Below are positions 25,838-33,436 of a stretch of DNA of 33,436 nt, one piece after another. The DNA lies in NCBI GenBank assembly GCA_020725315.1, contig DYFG01000006.1:1-33436 (forward strand). Direction: 5' to 3'. Origin of the DNA: Nitrosotalea sp. (GTDB lineage: Archaea; Halobacteriota; Syntropharchaeia; Alkanophagales; Methanospirareceae). Numbering within the stretch: the stretch's first letter is position 1; every line of letters starts with the position of its first letter. The position numbers were made by a program, and so were the translations under genes. Under the pieces are notes generated by a model. That model was not told where the DNA came from. It did no database searches and saw nothing but the letters and a program-made list of their open reading frames with translations.

Positions 25838-26737
25838 ATGAAAGAAGTTTGTATCTTAATACCAACCTTAAACGAAGAAAAATCGATAGGCGGAATTATA
25901 AGAGAATTTAAGGACATCGGATTTGAGAATATCCTTGTAATTGATGGAAACAGTACCGATTCGACGAGAGAAATCGCAAAGAAGGAAGGAGCGAGGGTGG
26001 AAGTTCAGCATGGAAAAGGTAAAGGCACAGCGGTTAGGCAAGCTCTTGAACTTATAGATGAGGAAATAATTGTAATTATTGATGGAGACGGGACATACTC
26101 GCCTTCAGAGGTAAGAACATTACTTGCGCCAATACTTAATAATGAAGCTGACCACGTTATTGGTAACCGATTTGGTTTTAGAGGTGCGTTTACTCTCTCT
26201 CATCGAGTTGGCAACTGGGTATTGAACAAAGTATTTGGGCTCGGTTACGGAGTGAAATTGACTGATATATTGTCGGGATACAGGGCTCTTACAAAGGATT
26301 GTTTGAGGGAGATGAATCTCAAGAAAGAAGGGTTTGAGATAGAAACAGAGATGGCGGTAGAGTCAGTAAAACGGAGTATAAGGATAAAAGAAGTTCCCAT
26401 AAGATATGAAAAAAGGAAAGGAGTTTCAAAACTCAATTTTATCCGAGATGGAGGAAGGATATTGTATACGCTCTACGCACTTGCACGGATGTATAATCCT
26501 ATGTTCTATTTCGGTATCATTGGCTCTCTATTTATTCTTTGCGGCATCCTCTCCGGTGCTTATGTTGTGATGGAGTGGTATTATAGAAGTATATCGCATG
26601 ACCTCCTCACTGTTTTTACCGCACTTTTGATAATTTCAGGTGTGCAGTTTCTTATATTTGGACTCTTGGGTAACTTAATAGTATCATTGCAAAAAGATAT
26701 GATAGAAGTATTAAGAGACATGATTAAGAAGAGGTAA
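25838..26737 (+). CDS. Family 2 glycosyltransferase (dolichyl-phosphate hexose synthase-like) with C-terminal TM helices
   Basis: ILIPTLNEEKSIG, IDGNSTDSTREIA, IDGDGTY and two C-terminal hydrophobic helices. Confidence 0.8.
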   Translation: MKEVCILIPTLNEEKSIGGIIREFKDIGFENILVIDGNSTDSTREIAKKEGARVEVQHGKGKGTAVRQALELIDEEIIVIIDGDGTYSPSEVRTLLAPILNNEADHVIGNRFGFRGAFTLSHRVGNWVLNKVFGLGYGVKLTDILSGYRALTKDCLREMNLKKEGFEIETEMAVESVKRSIRIKEVPIRYEKRKGVSKLNFIRDGGRILYTLYALARMYNPMFYFGIIGSLFILCGILSGAYVVMEWYYRSISHDLLTVFTALLIISGVQFLIFGLLGNLIVSLQKDMIEVLRDMIKKR

Positions 26738-26833
26738 GTGGAAGTGTGATAAAAACAGGTCTAATAAAAGGAATCGTTAATTTACGCTCACAAGATCTAT
26801 TCCATCTGCTCCAATAGCATATCAATCTTTGAA

Positions 26834-27703
26834 TTAAACCTGTGATGGAAGAAGATCGATATTTAATCGCTTCACCAATTCCTTGTATCGATCCCGAATG
26901 GTGATCTCGGTTGTCCCGACAACTTTGGCTATCTTCTTCTCTGTTATTTTTTCGCCACTTAAAACCGCGGCGATATAAATCGCAGCCGCTGCTGTTCCAA
27001 TCGGTCCCCATCCCTTTGCCACTCCGGTTCCCTTATCATCCTTGAGTATCTCTGTTGCTTTTTCCCTTATCTCCTCACTTAACCCGAGTTTAGAGCAGAA
27101 CCGGGGGATGTAGCGCGCAGGGTTAGCAGGTGCGAGCTTTATCTCCAATTTTCTTAAGAGGAAGATATACGCCCTTCGTATCTTTTTTAACGGGCTCCTT
27201 GAGACCTCAGCAATCTCTTTCAGTGTTCGTGGAACTTCATACTGCCTGCACGTAATATACAACATCGCTGAAACCAATTCCTCTATACTTCGTCCCTTAA
27301 TTAGGTTATGCCTCATCGCCTTTCGGTATAATACTGACGTCTCCTCCTTGATGTTATTGGGTAGCTTCAGTGCACATGCCATTCGGTCTATCTCAACGAG
27401 TGCGAGGGAAAGCGTTTTATCACCGGAGTCAATACTAATCCCGCGTAATCGTTTTGTTCGAGCGGGCAATCCGGGCATAGGTGTGCCCAGCCCCTTGTCA
27501 TGTATTCTATAACTCATAGGAGGACCTGTTCTTATCCTTTTAGCAGCTTGTTCCTCATCATAGGAACGCCATTCAGGTCCGAGGTCAACGATATTCTCAG
27601 CTATTACCACCCCACAATCAGCACAGTACAGTTCTGCACGCTTAGAATCGGTTACTATATTTTTAGAATTACATTCTGGACATTTACGAATGCGCTCCTC
27701 CAT
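26834..27703 (-). CDS. tfb: Transcription initiation factor IIB (TFB), divergent paralogue
   Basis: Zn ribbon CPECNS...CADCG, B-reader DLGPEWRSYD, two cyclin folds (IKGRSIEELVSAMLYITCR, PRTLKEIAEV, AAAAIYIAA) and ITIRDRYKEL. Confidence 0.9.
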   Translation of the reverse strand: MEERIRKCPECNSKNIVTDSKRAELYCADCGVVIAENIVDLGPEWRSYDEEQAAKRIRTGPPMSYRIHDKGLGTPMPGLPARTKRLRGISIDSGDKTLSLALVEIDRMACALKLPNNIKEETSVLYRKAMRHNLIKGRSIEELVSAMLYITCRQYEVPRTLKEIAEVSRSPLKKIRRAYIFLLRKLEIKLAPANPARYIPRFCSKLGLSEEIREKATEILKDDKGTGVAKGWGPIGTAAAAIYIAAVLSGEKITEKKIAKVVGTTEITIRDRYKELVKRLNIDLLPSQV

Positions 27704-27950
27704 TTATCATCACCTCTAAAAAGAAAGGATCTCCACTATCAGTCGCGAAAGTCATGCCAATAAGGATACAATAATTCTTTTTCTTCCCCCCTCTTCTTTA
27801 ACCATCCTAAGGTTGCTCATCCTTTTTAACATTGTTATTATTAGTTATGTTATTCATACTATAAATAGGTATCGGAAATTGATTTTGACCAGCTCACGCT
27901 CGACTTGAAGGTAAAGAAGATGAGGTTAACGGTAAGGTGATGAGCTCATT

Positions 27951-30900
27951 TTAAATGAGGTCTACTTTTACCGTTCTCCCCTCCATAACATCCTCTTCGT
28001 GGATTCGCACTTCTTTCTCAACATCCCACACCACTGTTTCGTTCTCGAAATGCCCTGCTCTTATAGTGTACGGCGATACAGAAACATCAAAATTCGTGCC
28101 ACCTTCTACCGGGCCTTCTGTTGAATACGGTACGATAAACTCGTATGAGTCATTAGCCATAGTTCTTGCAGAATACGTAAATGTTCTCCCCTGGTTGGTA
28201 GTTATCGTTGTTGATACCTCGATTAAGGATCCTTTAGGAGCTGTCCCTTCGATTCTCGCTCCCTTGACGTATTCAAAGACTTTAACAAAACTCACTGGCT
28301 GTAGGTATTCGGGTGTCCAAGCTTTTATGTTCGGCTGTCCTGTTGGGACGCCATAAAGGTAAACGTTTAACGTCCCCTCCTTCTTCTCAATTATGAATAC
28401 ATTTTTGTTCTTTTCGTCTCTTATTATCCACCTGCCCCCGTTCACTTTCGCGACAGTGCTATTCTCAGAGAGGAGAATACCCAATGAATCAAAAGTGCTT
28501 GTTAGCATTTCAGGCATAATTCCTTCGTCCAAATCCTCTTCTATCCCTACTGCCGCTGGCATACTGAAGAGGCGCCCATGAAGAATCTGTGCCTGAGCGG
28601 CTGTCGTTTCATAATTACCGGAAAAAGATCTCCAGTACATATATCCGGTATTTTCGTCCATGATAACCAAGGGGAGGATAAACGTGGGTGATTCGTGCAC
28701 CAAACGGTAGTGATTCAATGCGGATATGCTCTCACCATCTACCTCCACACTCGCACCATCAAACATATGTAACCGAGCTTCCATCGTGTTATAGTAATAT
28801 GAAAGAGTGTTATAACGTTGAGGATCGCCTGCCCATACGGTCATCGCAGCATATTTGTTGTATAAAGCGTTCCATATATCAGCCATCATGAAATCGCTGA
28901 TAACATACCGGACGCCGAGAGCATCGGCAACCTCGTTCGCCTCGTTTTCATTGTCTACAATGAAGAATACACAAGCTCCGGGACTACCACTACCTATAGG
29001 ACCACCAATGCCTGCCTGGAACGGATTTGCATTCGGTATCCGATGCGCTATCCAGGTAATTATATGCCCGTAGTCCCACCAGCTCATCACACCGTAAGCC
29101 GAAGTGGGGTACTTATAATCCTCTCTCACACCCGTTGTCCTGTTTAAAGGAGGTTCTTCATATACTCCATAGTAGTCAACATCGGGATCAGGCGTGTTAT
29201 TTCGCATCCATCTCAATGCCTCATACCACTCCTCATCCGCACCGATACCCCGCTCTGCGGTATTTATGGCGTATGCTACGCTCAGTGGCAGGTTAGTAGT
29301 AGAGGGGAAATGCTCTGCTTCTGCTACTGCATTCAACGGGAAAGGATAGAACACGAGCACCATGATGAGCAAGATGGCAAGCGTTTTCCTAAGTGGCTTC
29401 TCTACCTCCGCTCTCTTTTTATTTGCGGCATGCATCCAGACGAAGAAGATCGCAACAATAACTGTCAGTGGGATGATGGATTCGATACCCACCCGGACAA
29501 GGCCTATGACAAAGATAATCATTATAGCGGAAGCGAAAATAGGAAGGTATATATCAAAGGTTATCTCACTTCTTCTCGCTTTCCCTCCTTTCTTCCTGGA
29601 ACGAGCATCAGTGGTTGATTCTCTTCTCACCTCTTTTTCGCCAGTTAAAAACTTGAAAGCCTTCATAGAAAACAGCCCCATAAGAATAGCAACGTTTATC
29701 GCATAATAATAAGCGAACCTGTTCTGTCCTATGCCTTCTACTCCGAAGATACCCAAACCGCCAACTGCAACCAATATTATAAAGCTCCAGACCAATATCA
29801 GAAGCTCTTCCGGTCTATTTCTCATCATTATATCCATCACAAGTATAGCCATTGCGAAGAACGCGATGAAGAAGGGGGTTGTGAACCATATCCAGGCTTT
29901 TTCAGAATCCATTGGATGAACCTCAGCTATGGTCAATGCCGTTCCACTCGGTGTTAACGTGCCAAAGAGACCACCAACCGTTGATGAGGAGAGTGCGATA
30001 GCCAGCCCGAGTAATACTGCTATGGTAAAAACAGGCAATAGAAAATCGTATTTAGAGGTTAGTTCTAACGGAGAACCATGCATGGAGCTGATACCCAATT
30101 TCTTTAACCCCGCACTCAGCTCGGGATTTTCGTCAAAAAATCGTTTTAGCTTTACGAGCTCGCTTTTTTTCTCAATATTAGCTTGATGCTTTGTTTTTAT
30201 GTGCTCGACGATGCCAACGCCCCTTGATTTCTTACCACATATCGGACAAGTATATTCACCTGTTCCTATCTTCTGCGGCTTCGTCGTGTCGGCTTTTGCT
30301 ATCCTTTCCCTAACTAAGCCATGCCTATAACCAAATTTATTGCTTAGATACCGATAAAGGAGGGGAATGGAGAAAATGATTATGCCGACGCTTAGCGGTC
30401 CAAACTGCTGTATGTTATAAAGTGGATAAGAGGGTCCGAAGAAAGGGAGGAGCATTAGGAACGAGATGAGGAATACAGGAGCGAGAGTAACGCATATATA
30501 GCCATTTTTCTCGCCACGCAATCCCTCAATGGCGTATTGAAAGACTCCAAAGAGGATGAAAATGGCGACGAAGATGACAGCGCCTATCCATGTAAGTATG
30601 TAAAATCCGAGTGCCATACCTGCCAAAATGATGTAAAAGACGTAAGAATCGGGCTTTTCCCAGAAATGAAAGATAATAAGTGCGAGAAGGAAGAGGATAA
30701 GAGAAAGGAATACCCACCATTCCCAGGGCATTACCTGAAAAAGCACCAATATCGCACCGGCATAGCAGAGGAATGGGAAGTTCTTGCCTCTTACCCATTC
30801 TCCAGGAGAGCTTGCAAACCAGTCCAGAAAAGCCCCTTCAGGTAGCTCCTCTTTTGCTCTCTTTAGCGCCAATATGAGTAACATCACTGCTATGGTGCTG

Positions 30901-31823
30901 AACAGCACTTCACCAATATGGTGATCTGTAAATCCGATTATAGAACGTGAGAGGAACTGTCCTGGAAGAACTGCAACCACCACCGCAGCTATCACGCCTG
31001 CATATTTGTTATATAGCTCCCTTCCAATGATATAAACCGGGAAAACGACCAATGCACCGAGGATTGCGGGATAATACGCGCCTACTGCTTCCATTAGTGC
31101 TCTCGTTGGCAAGCCAAGCCCGATTATCCAGGTGGCAAAGATAATTATCTGGTCAAATAAGGGAGCGAAATGGAGGTATGTTCCGTGGGGGAAGTGGGTA
31201 TAAGCATCAAAGAAGAGCCGACGAGGGAAATGGTCTCCGAATAATGCGTTCTCAACCAATCGCATGTGGAATACTGCATCATCGGATGCAAATCTAACGG
31301 TGTCCTTAAAAACGGTATCATACGGCAAGACGGTTCTTATGAGAAGGGCAATACCAAAAATAATGAAGAGCGTATTGAAAACTGGAAGGTTTTTGATGAC
31401 CGTTTGCAGTTTTGCTTCTTTAAGAATTCCGAAGTGGTGCTCGTTTGATATAAGAAGAGGAAGAACGGTTAAGCCCACACCGATAAATGAGAGTAAAGAT
31501 ATCCAACTGTATTCGATACCGAAGTACGGGCTAAAGGCGGCGATGAGGGGCGAGATAAGTATGAGCGCTTCAAGTAAGATTAGAGAAGCGTAAAAAGCCC
31601 ATTTCTTTTGCATCCATATTCCGTAAGCGAAGGGAAAAGCAGCAAGAGCAACGAGGTCTAAACTTCCCTTGACGCTCAGTCTCTGCGGTGCATGCAGAAG
31701 CGATACAATGGAGGTGGCACATAAAAAAACAAGCAGTATAGAGGTTATCTTTGAGCCTAAGGGCATTACTTCTCTTCCCTTTTTATTCTCCTTTCTAGTT
31801 TCCTTCTTATTCTGCCGTTGCAT
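27951..31823 (-). CDS. aglB: Archaeal oligosaccharyltransferase AglB/STT3, unusually long (1290 aa)
   Basis: EL1 acidic motif FASDDAVFHMR, GFTDHHIGE, EL5-type TIAEVHP, catalytic WWDYGH (about 29067..29090) and a DK/MI-region DFMMADIWNALYNK. Many TM helices. Confidence 0.9.
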   Translation of the reverse strand: MQRQNKKETRKENKKGREVMPLGSKITSILLVFLCATSIVSLLHAPQRLSVKGSLDLVALAAFPFAYGIWMQKKWAFYASLILLEALILISPLIAAFSPYFGIEYSWISLLSFIGVGLTVLPLLISNEHHFGILKEAKLQTVIKNLPVFNTLFIIFGIALLIRTVLPYDTVFKDTVRFASDDAVFHMRLVENALFGDHFPRRLFFDAYTHFPHGTYLHFAPLFDQIIIFATWIIGLGLPTRALMEAVGAYYPAILGALVVFPVYIIGRELYNKYAGVIAAVVVAVLPGQFLSRSIIGFTDHHIGEVLFSTIAVMLLILALKRAKEELPEGAFLDWFASSPGEWVRGKNFPFLCYAGAILVLFQVMPWEWWVFLSLILFLLALIIFHFWEKPDSYVFYIILAGMALGFYILTWIGAVIFVAIFILFGVFQYAIEGLRGEKNGYICVTLAPVFLISFLMLLPFFGPSYPLYNIQQFGPLSVGIIIFSIPLLYRYLSNKFGYRHGLVRERIAKADTTKPQKIGTGEYTCPICGKKSRGVGIVEHIKTKHQANIEKKSELVKLKRFFDENPELSAGLKKLGISSMHGSPLELTSKYDFLLPVFTIAVLLGLAIALSSSTVGGLFGTLTPSGTALTIAEVHPMDSEKAWIWFTTPFFIAFFAMAILVMDIMMRNRPEELLILVWSFIILVAVGGLGIFGVEGIGQNRFAYYYAINVAILMGLFSMKAFKFLTGEKEVRRESTTDARSRKKGGKARRSEITFDIYLPIFASAIMIIFVIGLVRVGIESIIPLTVIVAIFFVWMHAANKKRAEVEKPLRKTLAILLIMVLVFYPFPLNAVAEAEHFPSTTNLPLSVAYAINTAERGIGADEEWYEALRWMRNNTPDPDVDYYGVYEEPPLNRTTGVREDYKYPTSAYGVMSWWDYGHIITWIAHRIPNANPFQAGIGGPIGSGSPGACVFFIVDNENEANEVADALGVRYVISDFMMADIWNALYNKYAAMTVWAGDPQRYNTLSYYYNTMEARLHMFDGASVEVDGESISALNHYRLVHESPTFILPLVIMDENTGYMYWRSFSGNYETTAAQAQILHGRLFSMPAAVGIEEDLDEGIMPEMLTSTFDSLGILLSENSTVAKVNGGRWIIRDEKNKNVFIIEKKEGTLNVYLYGVPTGQPNIKAWTPEYLQPVSFVKVFEYVKGARIEGTAPKGSLIEVSTTITTNQGRTFTYSARTMANDSYEFIVPYSTEGPVEGGTNFDVSVSPYTIRAGHFENETVVWDVEKEVRIHEEDVMEGRTVKVDLI

Positions 31824-31847
31824 TCTCTACTAACATTATGTTCCTCT

Positions 31848-31856
31848 CTATAAAAG
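31848..31856 (-). promoter_or_regulatory. TATA-box candidate for aglB
   Basis: The minus strand reads CTTTTATAG, centred about 29 nt upstream of the ATG at 31823. This supports the first Met as the start, with a very short leader. Confidence 0.4.
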
Positions 31857-32023
31857 TGTTTTAATATGTCTAGCTCGAAGTATGACAAAGTAACACTAAA
31901 CTAAAGGGAATAGAAGAAAATTTTAAAGAATTGAAGTCTTTTGTGCAAAGCTTAAAGAGTAAAGAAAAAGAAATAAACGAAGATCAATTGATAGCCACGT
32001 ATTTCAGTATTATGTAGATCAAT

Positions 32024-32878
32024 TTGATAAATTTCTTACTCGCCAAGCCGTTGGCATTTCACGTATTTCATAAACCACCGCTTTTTTTACCTTTAGAGAT
32101 AATTGCAGTTTTTATTTTTCTTAATGCTCTTTTGGGTTTTACAAATAGTGCGTTCAATGCTTTTCAGGAATTCAAGTTTAAAAGCGAAGTGAAGCGAATA
32201 GATAGGAAAAGAATCCTGAGGTTTTTGAGTTTTCTTACCATTGGTTCTATTTCTGGTGTTGTTTTTGCGTATGTGGATAGCATCATGCTCGGTATTTTTA
32301 TGGCGGCGGAATACGTAGGTTTTTACCGGGCTTCATATAATATCGTGATTGCAATTGCAGGCCTGGCAGCCATTGCAGGCGTGTTATTTCCAGTATTCAT
32401 TCAGTTAGAAGGAGATGATTTGAATAATGCCTTTCAGAAGGTCTTTAAATATTCTACGATTCTATCTTTCCCTTTTGCATTTGGGCTTGCATTCATTGCA
32501 GAGCCTTTTGTGAAGGTGATATATGGATCTGATTATCTGCCTGCGGTTTATCCTCTGTATGCATTATCATTTTTGATTATAACAGCTACGACTGATTTCT
32601 TTGGAACAATGTTTAATGCGAAGGAGAAGCCGGAATATCCAGCAATGGTTATTATTGTTTCAATGACACTGAACGTTATTCTGAACTATTTTTTGATTTT
32701 AAAGTTTGGTATGATAGGTGCTGCGGTTGCTACGGTAATATCAACGTATTTCAACTTTGTTTCGCTTAGCATTTTGTCTAAGAGGGTTTTGGATATATTT
32801 CCCGCATTAAGTTCTATTTATAAGCCCTTATTCTCTTCTCTTGCGATGGTTGCGTTTCTTTATTTCATTCCAAATTAA
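32024..32878 (+). pseudogene. C-terminal half of a Wzx/MATE-like oligosaccharide flippase (N-terminal half missing)
   Basis: 284 aa made of TM helices in a typical flippase pattern (SGVVFAYVDSIMLGIFMAAEYVGFYRASYNI...). The frame is open upstream to 31886 apart from an in-frame TAG at 32015..32017. There is no plausible N-terminal six-TM half. Confidence 0.55.
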
Positions 32879-33391
32879 AATGATAGATACGCTACACATT
32901 GATTATTTTTACAACGGGAATTATCCGGAGGATTATGAAGAGGAGTTTGAGAAGTGGCATAAAAGGTGGAGGAGTTTGTAAGAAAGATGGAAGAGGAGAA
33001 AAGTAAGTAAGGCTTGTAAATAGCGATACGATATTAATTGGGGTAGGAGAGATTCTAATGGCTTGGATTATTTATTTTGTAAAGCAAAGCATTTTGACTA
33101 AAGTTTTCTTAAAAGTTTATTTGAAGATTTTAACTGCGGGAGCTGTTTATTTGTCTGTTTTAACACTAACAAGAGGGATGGGAGAGAGGATTTGAGGTAT
33201 TTAAGTGCGATTGTTGGTTAGCAGGAAAGGTTGATAAGAGCATATAACCTAATGAATAGCAAGCTACAGAGAAGTGGTAAGTGAAGCACATCGTATGTGG
33301 CGACCTTGAAGCTGAGAGGGTCTTGTTGATCACAGCCTATGAACCAAGTCCTGAGGAATGGGAAGAAGATTGGAAAACTAGGAGGTGATAT

Positions 33392-33436
33392 TATGAGAGG
33401 GGGGAGATGCTATTTTTGTAAAGGAAAAATGTTGGA
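33392..33436 (+). CDS. Start of a Zn-ribbon (YgiT/MqsA-like) ORF, cut by the window end
   Basis: ATG preceded by GGAGGTGAT. MRGGRCYFCKGKML resembles the N-terminal CxxC of YgiT-type zinc-finger antitoxins. Only 15 codons are visible. Confidence 0.3.

Overview
Archaeal chromosomal segment, probably from a methanogen or ANME-type member of the Methanomicrobia. This lineage call is inferred from a methanogenesis marker protein 3 homologue, an F420-type FrhB-family protein, TFB, AglB/STT3, ABCE1, ribosomal protein P1 and archaeal-type tRNAs.

The core is ordinary housekeeping: ABCE1, IMPase/FBPase, P1, agmatinase, PheRS beta, nadX/nadC, Hsp20, a PAC2 chaperone, class II RNR and SecD. This is followed by an N-glycosylation/sugar-nucleotide cluster: glmS, a glmU-like gene, an epimerase, a GT2, a divergent TFB, a 1290-aa AglB and flippase remnants.

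The unusual layer is a family of modular GC-rich hairpin repeats (REP/MITE-like) found at six or more loci.
- Two near-identical 139-nt copies in inverted orientation bracket a hicAB cassette.
- Internal modules sit in frame inside the essential ABCE1 gene.
- A cluster lies between the P1 gene and tRNA-Glu.
- One copy supplies the 3' end of the epimerase ORF and truncates a CapA-like gene.
- A solo terminus lies after nrdJ.

The window is also rich in gene remnants: a TPP enzyme, an HhH-GPD glycosylase, a tnpB N-terminus with IS200/IS605-like end hairpins, CapA, MetW and a flippase. A 625-bp orphan cassette is flanked by 16-bp direct repeats that duplicate the pheT 3' end. There is no CRISPR array and no rRNA. 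All homology statements come from reading the translations by eye; no database search was run.
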